Assembly: GCF_051660785.1 (NCBI RefSeq)
Contig: NZ_JBOFQE010000012.1
Location: 347-64,346, forward strand
Length of the DNA stretch: 64,000 nucleotides
Origin: Pseudomonas sp.
Lineage (GTDB): Bacteria; Pseudomonadota; Gammaproteobacteria; Pseudomonadales; Pseudomonadaceae
Reading direction: 5' to 3'
Shown here piece after piece: positions 43,696-53,734 of the stretch. A program made the translations under genes and the position numbers. The notes under the pieces were generated by a model. That model was not told where the DNA came from. It was given only the letters and a program-made list of their open reading frames with translations, and did no database searches. Numbering within the stretch: position 1 is the first letter of the stretch; the number at the start of each line of letters is the position of its first letter.

Positions 43696-44607
43696 ATGTT
43701 TGTCCAGATTCTAGGTTCCGCCGCCGGCGGCGGTTTCCCCCAGTGGAACTGCAACTGCGTGAACTGCGCCGGTTTTCGCAACGGCAGCCTGAACGCCAAG
43801 GCGCGGACCCAGTCGTCCATCGCCATTTCCGATGACGGCGTGAACTGGATTCTGTGCAACGCATCGCCGGACATCCGCGCCCAACTCCAGAGTTATACCC
43901 CGATGCAACCGGGCCGCGCCCTGCGCGATACCGGCATCAGTGCGATCATCCTGATGGACAGCCAGATCGACCACACCACCGGCCTGCTCAGCCTGCGTGA
44001 AGGTTGCCCGCATCAGGTCTGGTGCACCGATATGGTCCACGAAGACCTGAGCACCGGTTTTCCGCTGTTCAAAATGCTCACCCACTGGAATGGCGGGTTG
44101 ACCTGGAACCGCATTGAACTCGACCGCAGCTTCACCATCCCCGCGTGCCCGAGCCTGCGCTTCACCCCGCTGCCCCTGCGCAGCGCTGCGCCACCGTACT
44201 CGCCGCACCGCTTCGACCCGCACCCGGGCGACAACATCGGCCTGATCGTCGAAGACCTGAACACCGGCGGCAAACTGTTCTATGCCCCGGGCCTGGGCAG
44301 AGTCGATGCGCCGTTGCTGGACATCATGGCCGGCAGCGATTGCCTGCTGGTGGACGGCACGATGTGGGATGACGACGAAATGCAGCGCCGTGGCGTCGGC
44401 ACGCGTACCGGACGGGAAATGGGCCATCTGGCGCAAAACGGCCCCGGCGGCATGCTCGAAGTGCTGGAACAGTTGCCCAAGCAGCGCAAGGTGCTTATCC
44501 ACATCAACAACACCAATCCGATTCTTGATGAGGATTCGCCGGAACGGGCCGAGCTGGTTCGGCGCAAGGTTGAAGTGGCTTATGACGGCATGAGTATAGT
44601 GTTGTAG
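43696..44607 (+). CDS. pqqB: PqqB (metallo-beta-lactamase-fold hydroxylase)
   Basis: [17 protein letters not shown]; HINNTNPIL. Confidence 0.97.
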   Translation: MFVQILGSAAGGGFPQWNCNCVNCAGFRNGSLNAKARTQSSIAISDDGVNWILCNASPDIRAQLQSYTPMQPGRALRDTGISAIILMDSQIDHTTGLLSLREGCPHQVWCTDMVHEDLSTGFPLFKMLTHWNGGLTWNRIELDRSFTIPACPSLRFTPLPLRSAAPPYSPHRFDPHPGDNIGLIVEDLNTGGKLFYAPGLGRVDAPLLDIMAGSDCLLVDGTMWDDDEMQRRGVGTRTGREMGHLAQNGPGGMLEVLEQLPKQRKVLIHINNTNPILDEDSPERAELVRRKVEVAYDGMSIVL

Positions 44608-44631
44608 GGCAACGAGACCGCTGCGCGGTCT

Positions 44632-44695
44632 ATCGCCAGCAGGCTGGCTCCCACAGGGGAATGCGATCAACTGTGGGAGCCAGCCTGCTGGCGAT
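44632..44695. repeat. REP doublet (REPIN) inside the pqq operon
   Basis: ATCGCCAGCAGGCTGGCTCCCACAG ... CTGTGGGAGCCAGCCTGCTGGCGAT, a perfect pair of a variant REP. Confidence 0.92.
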
Positions 44696-44746
44696 GAGGC
44701 CGGTCCAGACACGACAAAATCCACCGGTCGTCCCCGGAGAACCGCA

Positions 44747-45499
44747 ATGACTGACACCCCAATGTCCCCCGCCGAATTCGAAGCGGCCCTGCGCGCCAAG
44801 GGCGCCTATTACCACATCTACCACCCCTATCACGTGGCGATGTACGAAGGCCGGGCGAGCCGCGAGCAGATCCAGGGTTGGGTCGCCAACCGCTTCTACT
44901 ATCAGGTGAACATCCCCCTGAAGGACGCGGCCATCCTCGCCAACTGCCCGGATCGCGAGATCCGTCGCGAGTGGATTCAGCGCCTGCTCGATCACGACGG
45001 CGCCCCCGGTGAAGACGGCGGCATCGAAGCCTGGTTGCGTTTGGGCCAGGCGGTCGGCCTCGACCCGGATCAGCTACGGTCGCAGGAATTAGTGCTGCCC
45101 GGCGTGCGATTTGCCGTGGACGCCTACGTCAACTTCGCCCGCCGGGCCAGTTGGCAGGAAGCTGCCAGCAGCTCACTGACCGAATTGTTTGCGCCGCAGA
45201 TCCACCAGTCACGCCTGGACAGCTGGCCGCAGCATTACCCGTGGATCGACCCGACCGGCTACGAGTATTTCCGTACCCGCCTGGGTCAGGCGCGCCGGGA
45301 TGTCGAGCACGGTCTGGCCATCACCTTGCAGCACTACACGACGCGGGAAGGCCGGGAGCGCATGCTGGAAATTCTCCAGTTCAAACTGGACATCCTTTGG
45401 AGCATGCTCGATGCCATGAGCATGGCCTACGAATTGAACCGCCCGCCGTATCACAGCGTGACCGACCAGCGGGTCTGGCATAAAGGAATCACCTTATGA
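44747..45499 (+). CDS. pqqC: PQQ synthase PqqC
   Basis: [17 protein letters not shown] and RFAVDAY motifs. Confidence 0.97.
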   Translation: MTDTPMSPAEFEAALRAKGAYYHIYHPYHVAMYEGRASREQIQGWVANRFYYQVNIPLKDAAILANCPDREIRREWIQRLLDHDGAPGEDGGIEAWLRLGQAVGLDPDQLRSQELVLPGVRFAVDAYVNFARRASWQEAASSSLTELFAPQIHQSRLDSWPQHYPWIDPTGYEYFRTRLGQARRDVEHGLAITLQHYTTREGRERMLEILQFKLDILWSMLDAMSMAYELNRPPYHSVTDQRVWHKGITL

Positions 45500-45771
45500 G
45501 TTTTGATCGCAGCAAGATCCCGACCTGGCGTCAGGGCTACCGCTACCAGTACGAACCGGCACAGAAAGGCCATGTGCTGCTCTACCCGGAAGGCATGATC
45601 AAGCTCAATGAAAGTGCCGCATTGATTGGCGGTTTGATCGATGGCCAGCGTGATGTTGCGGCGATCATCGCCGAACTGGACACGCAGTTCCCCGGCGTAC
45701 CCGAGCTCGCTGAGGACATCGAGCAGTTCATGGAGGTTGCCCGTGCTCAGCACTGGATCGAACTTGCCTGA
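45496..45771 (+). CDS. pqqD: PqqA-binding chaperone PqqD (RRE)
   Basis: [14 protein letters not shown] motif. Confidence 0.95.
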   Translation: MSFDRSKIPTWRQGYRYQYEPAQKGHVLLYPEGMIKLNESAALIGGLIDGQRDVAAIIAELDTQFPGVPELAEDIEQFMEVARAQHWIELA

Positions 45772-46918
45772 TTCCATGTCAGGCAAGTTACCGCCCAAAC
45801 CGGAAATCGGCCTGCCCTTGTGGCTGCTGGCCGAGCTGACCTATCGCTGCCCGCTGCAATGCCCGTACTGCTCCAATCCGCTGGACTTCGCTGAGCAAGG
45901 CAAAGAGTTGAGCACCGAACAGTGGATCAAGGTGTTCCGCGAAGCGCGGGAAATGGGCGCCGCGCAATTGGGCTTTTCCGGTGGTGAACCGCTGGTGCGC
46001 CAGGACCTCGCCGAGCTGATCGCCGAGGCGCGCAAACTGGGTTTCTACACCAACCTGATCACCTCCGGCATTGGTCTCACCGAACAGAAAATCAGCGATT
46101 TCAAAAAGGCTGGCCTGGACCATATCCAGATCAGTTTTCAGGCCAGCGACGAGCAAGTGAATAACTTGCTGGCCGGGTCGAAAAAAGCCTTCGCGCAGAA
46201 GCTGGAAATGGCACGCGCGGTGAAGGCCCACGGTTATCCGATGGTGCTGAACTTCGTCACCCATCGGCACAACATCGACAAGATCGACCGGATCATCGAG
46301 CTGTGCATCGCCCTTGAGGCCGACTTCGTCGAACTCGCCACCTGCCAGTTTTACGGTTGGGCGCAGCTCAATCGGGTCGGCCTGCTTCCGACCAAGGAAC
46401 AACTGGTCCGCGCCGAACGCATCACCAACGAATACCGCGCCAAGCTGGAAGCCGAAGGGCATCCGTGCAAGCTGATTTTCGTCACACCGGACTACTACGA
46501 AGAACGCCCGAAAGCCTGCATGAATGGCTGGGGCAGCATCTTTCTGACCGTCACGCCGGACGGCACTGCCCTGCCCTGCCACGGCGCCCGACAAATGCCG
46601 GTGCAGTTTCCCAACGTGCGCGACCACAGCATGCAGCACATCTGGTACGACTCGTTCGGCTTCAACCGCTATCGCGGTTACGACTGGATGCCCGAGCCGT
46701 GCCGCTCCTGCGACGAGAAAGAAAAAGACTTCGGCGGCTGTCGCTGCCAGGCGTTCATGCTCACGGGTGACGCGAGCAACGCCGACCCGGTGTGCAGCAA
46801 GTCGGAACATCACGGCGTGATTCTCAAGGCCCGCGAAGAAGCCGAGCACGCGACCCAGACCATCGAACAACTGGCCTTTCGCAATGAACGAAACTCACGC
46901 CTCATCGCCAAAAGCTGA
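45743..46918 (+). CDS. pqqE: Radical SAM PqqA peptide cyclase PqqE
   Basis: CPLQCPYC (CxxxCxxC) and SPASM cysteines; GGAGG RBS with GTG start at 45743. Confidence 0.97.
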   Translation: MLSTGSNLPDSMSGKLPPKPEIGLPLWLLAELTYRCPLQCPYCSNPLDFAEQGKELSTEQWIKVFREAREMGAAQLGFSGGEPLVRQDLAELIAEARKLGFYTNLITSGIGLTEQKISDFKKAGLDHIQISFQASDEQVNNLLAGSKKAFAQKLEMARAVKAHGYPMVLNFVTHRHNIDKIDRIIELCIALEADFVELATCQFYGWAQLNRVGLLPTKEQLVRAERITNEYRAKLEAEGHPCKLIFVTPDYYEERPKACMNGWGSIFLTVTPDGTALPCHGARQMPVQFPNVRDHSMQHIWYDSFGFNRYRGYDWMPEPCRSCDEKEKDFGGCRCQAFMLTGDASNADPVCSKSEHHGVILKAREEAEHATQTIEQLAFRNERNSRLIAKS

Positions 46919-48710
46919 ACCCTTCAGCGCCTCCCGGGCCGTCGCGGCCGGTATCGACTTCGCCGAGTTGCTGGTCGGCCAGCATGGCCTGTTCTGGAAC
47001 GAATACCGACCCGAAGATGCCGCGTGCAGGATCTGGCATTGGCGCGACGGTCAGGCCCGTTGCCTTACGCCGGCCGGCTTCAGCGTCCGCAGTCGAGTGT
47101 ACGAATATGGCGGTGGCGCGTTTTGTCTGACCGATGACGGGATTGTTTTCGTCAACGAGGCGGACCAACAGCTCTATCGGCAATCCCTGGCGGGCGAGAC
47201 ACCTGAGGTACTGACCTCGAGTGAATGCCGTTTCGGCGATCTGCAATTTACCAATGGCCAGGTGCTCGCGGTTGAAGAGAACCGTGACCGGCATCGTCTG
47301 GTCGCGATCGATGTGGCTGACGGCCGGCGTCATCTGCTGGCCGAAGGCGCCGATTTCTATGCTGCGCCGACGCTGAGTCCCGACGCGCAACGATTGGCGT
47401 GGATCGAATGGAGCCGCCCGGATCAGCCATGGACCGCGACTCGGCTGATGGTTGCCGAACGCCGGGACGATGGAGGCTTTGCTCAACCGCGTTGTGTGGC
47501 GGGCGAAGGTATTCAGGAGTCGCTGCAACAACCTCGTTTCGACAGCGACGGCCGTCTGTTTTGCCTGACGGATCGTGCCGGCTACTGGCAGCCTTGGGTG
47601 GAATCCGCAGAAGGCCTGAGCCCGTTGCCGAGCGCCGCCGCTGATCACGGTCCGGCGCCGTGGCAGCTGGGTGGCAACACCTGGATGCCGCTGGGCGAAG
47701 GCAACTATCTGGCCAGTTGGACCGAAGACGGGTTTGGCAAACTGGGCATTTGCGGTGACGCCGCTGAAGATTTCACCGCTGATTACAGCCGCTTTCGCCA
47801 TCTCGCACTGGATGAGCGATTCATCTACTGCATCGCGGCATCACCCGTCAGTTCTTCGGCGGTGATCGCGATCGAGCGCGATACCCGACAGGTCAAAATC
47901 CTCGCCGGGGGCATTGCACCGTTACCCGCCGAGCAGATCAGCGTCCCGCAAACCCTGCGCTACCCGAGCGGTTCGGGCGAGGCCCACGGTTTCTTCTATC
48001 CGGCGATGACCGGCGAGGCGAAACCGCCGCTGGTGGTGTTCATCCACGGCGGCCCGACCTCAGCCTGCTACCCGATGCTCGATCCACGTATTCAATACTG
48101 GGCGCAGCGCGGCTTCGCCGTGGCCGATCTCAATTACCGCGGCAGCAGTGGTTATGGCCGGGCTTATCGCCAGGCGCTGCATTTGAGTTGGGGCGAAGTC
48201 GATGTAGAGGATGCCTGCGCCGTAGTCGCTCATCTCTCCGAACGGGGATTGATCGACGGCGAAAAGGCCTTTATCCGCGGTGGCAGTGCCGGCGGTTACA
48301 CCACCCTTTGTGCGTTGGCCTTTCACAACGTCTTCCGCGCGGGTGCCAGCCTTTATGGTGTAAGCGACCCAGTAGCACTCGGCCACGCAACCCATAAGTT
48401 CGAAGGCGATTACCTGGATTGGCTGATCGGCGACCCGATACAGGATGCCGAACGCTACGCCGCACGCACACCGTTGCTGCACGCGAGCAACATCAGTGTT
48501 CCGGTGATTTTCTTTCAGGGCGAACTGGACGCCGTGGTCGTGCCGCAACAGACTCGCGACATGGTCAAGGCGCTACAGGGCAACGGCATTCTGGTTGACG
48601 CGCATTACTACGCGGACGAACGTCATGGCTTTCGCAAGGCGGGGAACCAGGCCCATGCGCTGGAGCAGGAGTGGTTGTTTTATCGGCGGGTGATGGAGTT
48701 GTCGGACTGA
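46884..48710 (+). CDS. S9 (prolyl oligopeptidase) family peptidase associated with the pqq operon
   Basis: IHGGP, GGSAGG nucleophile, D(ELDAVV) and H(ERHGF) triad; overlaps pqqE by 35 bp. Confidence 0.9.
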   Translation: MNETHASSPKAEPFSASRAVAAGIDFAELLVGQHGLFWNEYRPEDAACRIWHWRDGQARCLTPAGFSVRSRVYEYGGGAFCLTDDGIVFVNEADQQLYRQSLAGETPEVLTSSECRFGDLQFTNGQVLAVEENRDRHRLVAIDVADGRRHLLAEGADFYAAPTLSPDAQRLAWIEWSRPDQPWTATRLMVAERRDDGGFAQPRCVAGEGIQESLQQPRFDSDGRLFCLTDRAGYWQPWVESAEGLSPLPSAAADHGPAPWQLGGNTWMPLGEGNYLASWTEDGFGKLGICGDAAEDFTADYSRFRHLALDERFIYCIAASPVSSSAVIAIERDTRQVKILAGGIAPLPAEQISVPQTLRYPSGSGEAHGFFYPAMTGEAKPPLVVFIHGGPTSACYPMLDPRIQYWAQRGFAVADLNYRGSSGYGRAYRQALHLSWGEVDVEDACAVVAHLSERGLIDGEKAFIRGGSAGGYTTLCALAFHNVFRAGASLYGVSDPVALGHATHKFEGDYLDWLIGDPIQDAERYAARTPLLHASNISVPVIFFQGELDAVVVPQQTRDMVKALQGNGILVDAHYYADERHGFRKAGNQAHALEQEWLFYRRVMELSD

Positions 48711-48746
48711 ATTTCTGCGATCTGTGCAGATAATTGCGGTGCCTCC

Positions 48747-48821
48747 ATCGCGAGCAGGCTCGCTCCCACAGGGGATTTGCGTCGTTTACACATCCAATGT
48801 GGGAGCGAGCCTGCTCGCGAT
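48747..48821. repeat. REP doublet (REPIN) between convergent genes
   Basis: ATCGCGAGCAGGCTCGCTCCCACA ... TGTGGGAGCGAGCCTGCTCGCGAT. Confidence 0.92.
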
Positions 48822-48846
48822 GGCGATCTATCTAATGCTGCAGAGC

Positions 48847-49005
48847 TCAGCGCTTGGCGATGATGTACACCGCATGCACGATCCCCGGGATGTAACCGCA
48901 CAACGTCAGCAGGATATTCAGCCAGAACGCGCCGGCGAAACCGACTTGCAGAAACACACCCAGTGGTGGCAACAGAATAGCAATGATGATGCGAATGAAA
49001 TCCAT
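48847..49005 (-). CDS. yqaE: YqaE/Pmp3 family membrane proteolipid (52 aa)
   Basis: MDFIRIIIAILLPPLGVFL...NILLTLCGYIPGIVHAVYII; start trimmed to ATG 49005. Confidence 0.9.
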   Translation of the reverse strand: MDFIRIIIAILLPPLGVFLQVGFAGAFWLNILLTLCGYIPGIVHAVYIIAKR

Positions 49006-49121
49006 GGGGCAGCTCCTGATTTGAAGTGGGCTCGTGTGAGTCCTACTGTTAATCGACCTGCGCCGTTCGTCAGGGTTCACTAGGAACCTGGCCGAATACC
49101 GGGACCTAATGAATCGCAGAC

Positions 49122-49160
49122 AAAAAAACGCCCCACGCGAAAAGAATCAAACGTGGGGCG
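49122..49160 (-). terminator. Intrinsic terminator after the aminotransferase
   Basis: CGCCCCACG/CGTGGGGCG stem with a T7 tract on the minus strand. Confidence 0.7.
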
Positions 49161-49210
49161 ATGCGTTATTACCGCGAGACGGTTCTGGATTTCGTGCGGG
49201 AAAGGTCTGA

Positions 49211-50452
49211 TCAGACCGCAATCCCTTTACGGCACTGCAGCTGCGCGGTGCGTACGCGGGAAAAGGCGCGGGACAGGCGCAGGAGCATTTCGTCGATGTT
49301 GGCTTTGCTGACGGTGAGGGCCGGGGTGAAGCGCAGGCAATCGGGTTGCGGGGCGTTGAGCAACAAGCCTTCGTACAATGCTGATTTGACTACGGCATCA
49401 GCTGAATCGTCGGACAGGGTCAGTCCCCAGAGCAGTCCTTGCCCGCGCAGTTCGCCGTGACCGTAGCGATGGGACAACCGAGTCAGTCCTTCGCGCAGGT
49501 GCTGACCGGTCTCGCTCACATGATCGAGAAAACCCTTGTCCTGAATCGTGTTGAACACGGCAAGACCGGCAGCCGTCATCAGGGCATTGCCATGATGAGT
49601 TCCGCTCAGTTCGCGCACCTCGAAGCAGCAAGCCTTGCCTCTCGCCATCAACGCAGCCAATGGCACGCCGCCGCCAAGCCCTTTGCCGAGGGCGACGATA
49701 TCGGCTCGAACGCCATAGGATTGCTCGGCAAGCAAGGTGCCGCAGCGACCGATACCGGTTTGTACTTCGTCAAGGATCAGCAAAATACCCAGTTCTCGGC
49801 ACAGGTGTTCGACACCCTTGAGGTAAGACTCGGTGGCCGGAATCACCCCGGCTTCGTTCTGGATCGGTTCGAGCATGATGGCCACGGTCCGGGCATCGAC
49901 CGCCGCGTGCATCGCCGCAAGATCATTGAAGGGAACGTGGTGCAAGTCCGACGTTGAAATCGTCTCGGGACTACGGCCATGGCAGCCGTTGCTCGCAACG
50001 ATGATCCGCGAAGCCCCGCCACGATGTCGTCGACCCCATTTACGACCCAGTTTGATCGCTGCTTCACAGGCTTCGGTGCCACTGTTGAGCAGGTACGCCT
50101 GATCACTGCCAGTGCTGCTACACAGCCGCTCGGCAAGGTTGAGCATGCCGCGGTTATGCAGGCCACAACCGGGGTTGATCAGCGATTGAGCCTGCTCCGA
50201 AATCGCATTGACCAGCACCGAAGGGCTGTGGCCCAGGCTATTGGCGCCGCCACCCTGCGAAAAATCCAGATAAGCGCGGTCATCGCTGTCCCACAACCAT
50301 GAGCCCTGGCCGCGGACGAAAATCTGTTTCGGCCGCTCGACACTAGGCATCAGGCACTCGCTGGAAAGGCTGTCGCTTCTGGACGACTGATAAGTATCTG
50401 CGACCAAGTCATCGAGACTCGGTGGACTGCGGCGCAAACTGAACAAATTCAT
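49211..50452 (-). CDS. Class-III PLP aminotransferase (ArgD/AstC-like)
   Basis: LEPIQNEAG, ILDEVQTGIGRCG and catalytic Lys in LGKGLGGG. Confidence 0.88.
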   Translation of the reverse strand: MNLFSLRRSPPSLDDLVADTYQSSRSDSLSSECLMPSVERPKQIFVRGQGSWLWDSDDRAYLDFSQGGGANSLGHSPSVLVNAISEQAQSLINPGCGLHNRGMLNLAERLCSSTGSDQAYLLNSGTEACEAAIKLGRKWGRRHRGGASRIIVASNGCHGRSPETISTSDLHHVPFNDLAAMHAAVDARTVAIMLEPIQNEAGVIPATESYLKGVEHLCRELGILLILDEVQTGIGRCGTLLAEQSYGVRADIVALGKGLGGGVPLAALMARGKACCFEVRELSGTHHGNALMTAAGLAVFNTIQDKGFLDHVSETGQHLREGLTRLSHRYGHGELRGQGLLWGLTLSDDSADAVVKSALYEGLLLNAPQPDCLRFTPALTVSKANIDEMLLRLSRAFSRVRTAQLQCRKGIAV

Positions 50453-50621
50453 CGGGACAAACCTCGTTTGAGGTTTTTTGCCTTACCTATGTAAACACCA
50501 TTGCTGCAAACGGTATTCATCGTGCGCTCTGGCCCTGTAAGCCTTGTGAATGCGGTTAGACTAGGGTCAAGCACGGCGTTGAGCCATTTCGATTTCCCAG
50601 CATTTTCGATAAGCGCACCTT

Positions 50622-51536
50622 ATGGATTTCAAGCAACTGCGTTATTTCGTCGCGGTCTACGAAGAGGGCCACGTAGGCCGGGCAGCCGAGCGACTCTCAA
50701 TTTCCCAGCCGGCACTGTCCCAGCAGATCCGCCAGCTCGAACAGAACCTCGATGTGAGCCTGTTCGAACGCAGCAGCAAGCGCCTGCTGCCCACCCTGGC
50801 CGCCCATACTTTGTACAACCACGCCCTGCCCTTGCTCGATGGCTTGCAACGGGCACGCGAAGCGTTGGGCAATTTCAAAGGCCAGGCTTTACGCACCTTG
50901 GCCATTGGCGTGTTGCAGACGGTCCACACCAGCCTGGTGCCGCAGATGCTTGAACGCGTGCGCAAGGCGCAGCCACATCTGGTGGTGCAGATCTATGAAC
51001 TGACGGGCCTGGAAATCGAGCGGCGGCTGCTTAATGGTTCACTCGACATCGGCATCAGCTACCTGCCGCCCCGTCAGCCGGGTTTGCATGGCGTCATGTT
51101 GTACGAAGATGAACTGACCCTGGTCATCCCGGCAGACCATCCGCTGCGTGAATTCAAGAAAGTCTCGATGAGTCAGGCCGCCGAGTTGCCCATGCTGTTG
51201 CTGGGTGAAGAATTTCAGGTGCGGCAGATCTGGCAGACACAACTGGCCAATCTGGGACGACGCCCGCAGGTGCAGGCAGAACTGAACAACATGGCGGGGA
51301 TTCTCGACAGTCTGCCCCACACCCGGCTGGCCACTGTCCTGCCCGGGCGCTCGCAAAAAGCGCTCGGCAACAATGAACTGCTGTGGAAACCACTAACCGA
51401 GCCGCGAGTGCCGCTCAAAGTCGGGTTGGTGTGTCGGGATGTGCAACGGCAACAAGCCTCGCTGGCCTTGTTACGTACGCTGTTGGAGGAAGTGATGAAC
51501 CGGCCGGACGAGCGCTTGAGCAACTCGACGGGTTGA
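50622..51536 (+). CDS. LysR-family transcriptional regulator
   Basis: MDFKQLRYFVAVYEEGHVGRAAERLSISQPALSQQIRQLE; divergent from the aminotransferase. Confidence 0.95.
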   Translation: MDFKQLRYFVAVYEEGHVGRAAERLSISQPALSQQIRQLEQNLDVSLFERSSKRLLPTLAAHTLYNHALPLLDGLQRAREALGNFKGQALRTLAIGVLQTVHTSLVPQMLERVRKAQPHLVVQIYELTGLEIERRLLNGSLDIGISYLPPRQPGLHGVMLYEDELTLVIPADHPLREFKKVSMSQAAELPMLLLGEEFQVRQIWQTQLANLGRRPQVQAELNNMAGILDSLPHTRLATVLPGRSQKALGNNELLWKPLTEPRVPLKVGLVCRDVQRQQASLALLRTLLEEVMNRPDERLSNSTG

Positions 51537-51562
51537 GCTGAATACTTTTCTCGAGGCAAAAG

Positions 51563-51680
51563 AAAACCCCGCCGAAGCGGGGCTTTGCAGACTGTTTCCC
51601 TGACATCCATTTCACTCCGCCGTCCTGGCAGAATCCTACGTGTCCGTGTTGTTGCTTTGCGCTTCCTGCGCGACGTCCAT
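51563..51680 (-). ncRNA. rsmY: RsmY small RNA (RsmA/RsmE sponge)
   Basis: 118 nt starting ATGGACGTCGCGCAGGAAGCGC, with multiple GGA motifs, ending GCAAAGCCCCGCTTCGGCGGGGTTTT; GacA box upstream. Confidence 0.95.
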
Positions 51681-51732
51681 GTGAAGTAGATTAGCTCTGG
51701 ATCCAATCTTCGCCTATGGGAGAACGGCAGCA

Positions 51733-51760
51733 CGTCATGTAAGAGAATGCTTACATGACG
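51733..51760. promoter_or_regulatory. GacA box (upstream activating sequence) of rsmY
   Basis: TGTAAG-N6-CTTACA at 51738-51755, inside the longer palindrome CGTCATGTAAG-agaatg-CTTACATGACG. Confidence 0.92.
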
Positions 51761-51768
51761 CGCCTTTG

Positions 51769-53547
51769 TCAGAACTGTGCAGCGTCCAGCAGGAACAGCG
51801 ACTCGCTCCCCGCCTTCACCGATGCACTCAGCGAGTGAATACGCGGCAGCAGACGGGCGAAATAGAACCGCGCCGTGCCCAATTTGCTCGCGTAGAAATC
51901 GTCCTGCGCTTCTTTGCCGAAGGCTGCCTTGGCCATCAGAGCCCACATGTAGGCGTACGCCACGTAACCGAAGGTTTGCAAGTACTCGACTGAGGCCGCG
52001 CCGATTTCGTTCGGGTTGTTTTTTGCCCGGTCCAGCAGCCATGAAGTCAATTCGTCGAGGGTGGTCACGGCATCGTTCAGCGGTTTGGTGAACTCAGCCA
52101 GGTCGGCGCTGGCCGTGGCGGTGAAATGACGGATCTCATCCGCGAACAGGTTGTAGAACGCGCCGCCGGTGCCGACGATCTTGCGTCCTACGAGGTCCAG
52201 CGCCTGAATGCCGTTGGTGCCTTCGTAGATCTGGGTAATGCGCACGTCGCGCACCAGTTGCTCCTGGCCCCACTCGCGGATGTAACCGTGGCCGCCGAAC
52301 ACCTGCTGGCCGTGAACGGTGGTTTCCAGACCGAGGTCGGTGAGGAACGCCTTGGCCACCGGCGTCAGCAATGCCACCAGATCTTCCGCACGCTTGCGGG
52401 TGGTCGCATCTTCGCTGAACTTGGCGGTGTCCAGTTGCATGGCCACGTAAGTAGAAAACGCACGGCCACCTTCGTTCGAGGCTTTCATGGTCAGCAGCAT
52501 GCGACGCACGTCCGGGTGGACGATGATCGGGTCAGCGACCTTGTCTTTGTTCTGCGCGCCGGTCGGCGAACGGCTTTGCAAGCGATCGCGGGCGTATTCA
52601 ACAGCGTTCTGGTAGGAGCGCTCGCCGGTCGCCAGGCCTTGAATACCAACGCCCAGACGCTCGTAGTTCATCATGGTGAACATCGCTGCCAGGCCTTTGT
52701 TCGGCTCGCCGACCAGGTAACCGATGGCTTCGTCAAAGTTCATCACGCAGGTCGCGGACGCCTGGATGCCCATCTTGTGTTCGATCGAACCGCAATTGGC
52801 CGGGTTGCGCGCGCCCAGGCTGCCATCGGCGTTGACCATGAACTTCGGCACCAGGAACAGCGAAATGCCTTTCGGCCCCGCCGGTGCGTCCGGCAGCTTG
52901 GCCAGCACCAAGTGGATGATGTTCTCGGTCAGGTCGTGTTCGCCGCCGGTGATGAAGATCTTGGTGCCGCTGACTTTGTAGGAACCGTCGGCCTGAGGTT
53001 CGGCCTTGGTGCGGATGATCCCCAGGTCCGTACCGGCGTGCGGCTCGGTCAGGCACATGGAACCGGCCCAGATCCCGGCGTACATGTTTGGCAGGTACGC
53101 CGCTTTCAGCTCTTCGCTGGCGTGGGCGTTGATCGACAGGCAGGCGCCGGCGGTCAGCATCGGGTACAGACCGAAGGACAGGCTGGCGGAGTTGACCATT
53201 TCTTCGACTTGCGCGGAAACGGCCTTGGGCATGCCCATGCCGCCGTAGGTCGGATCGCCACCGACACCGACCCAACCGCCTTCGGCATAAGTCTGATAAG
53301 CCTGTGGGAAACCTGCCGGCGTGGTGACGGCACCGTCCGCCCAATGGCAACCTTCTTCGTCAGCCGCGCGGCTCAGGGGTGCGATGCTTTTGCTGGTGAC
53401 CTTGCCGGCTTCTTCGAGAATGGCTTCGACGGTTTCCGCATCGACGGTCTCGGCCAGCGCCGGCAACTCGGCCCAGAGTTTGGCGACCTCGAAAACTTCA
53501 TTGAGGACGAAGCGCATATCGCGCAGGGGCGCTTTGTAGTCAGCCAT
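51769..53547 (-). CDS. Acyl-CoA dehydrogenase (PA0508-like)
   Basis: MCLTEPHAGTDL, GTKIFIT, EHKMGI and IYEGTNGIQA motifs. Confidence 0.93.
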   Translation of the reverse strand: MADYKAPLRDMRFVLNEVFEVAKLWAELPALAETVDAETVEAILEEAGKVTSKSIAPLSRAADEEGCHWADGAVTTPAGFPQAYQTYAEGGWVGVGGDPTYGGMGMPKAVSAQVEEMVNSASLSFGLYPMLTAGACLSINAHASEELKAAYLPNMYAGIWAGSMCLTEPHAGTDLGIIRTKAEPQADGSYKVSGTKIFITGGEHDLTENIIHLVLAKLPDAPAGPKGISLFLVPKFMVNADGSLGARNPANCGSIEHKMGIQASATCVMNFDEAIGYLVGEPNKGLAAMFTMMNYERLGVGIQGLATGERSYQNAVEYARDRLQSRSPTGAQNKDKVADPIIVHPDVRRMLLTMKASNEGGRAFSTYVAMQLDTAKFSEDATTRKRAEDLVALLTPVAKAFLTDLGLETTVHGQQVFGGHGYIREWGQEQLVRDVRITQIYEGTNGIQALDLVGRKIVGTGGAFYNLFADEIRHFTATASADLAEFTKPLNDAVTTLDELTSWLLDRAKNNPNEIGAASVEYLQTFGYVAYAYMWALMAKAAFGKEAQDDFYASKLGTARFYFARLLPRIHSLSASVKAGSESLFLLDAAQF

Positions 53548-53637
53548 GGCAAACCTCGCAAGATCTAAACAGGTGAATCGTGGGAATGATTTTTTCGTTG
53601 GGTCCGAGTGTAACCCAACAACTTTTGCGACACATAG

Positions 53638-53686
53638 GGTCAGCCAGTGACCGTTTTGTAATGTTTAGTCACTGACTATTCAGTCA
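53638..53686. promoter_or_regulatory. Cluster of GTCA/TGAC palindromes upstream of the third acyl-CoA dehydrogenase (candidate TetR-family/PvrA-type operator)
   Basis: GGTCA-N5-TGACC (53638-53652), TAGTCA-C-TGACTA (53666-53678) and TGACT-N4-AGTCA (53673-53686). Confidence 0.45.
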
Positions 53687-53688
53687 TG

Positions 53689-53712
53689 AAAAAGCCCGCA
53701 ACAACGCGGGCT
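53689..53712 (-). terminator. Intrinsic terminator between acyl-CoA dehydrogenase genes
   Basis: AGCCCGC/GCGGGCT stem with a T5 tract on the minus strand. Confidence 0.7.
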
Positions 53713-53734
53713 CCTTTGTCAGTGGATTCAGGGA

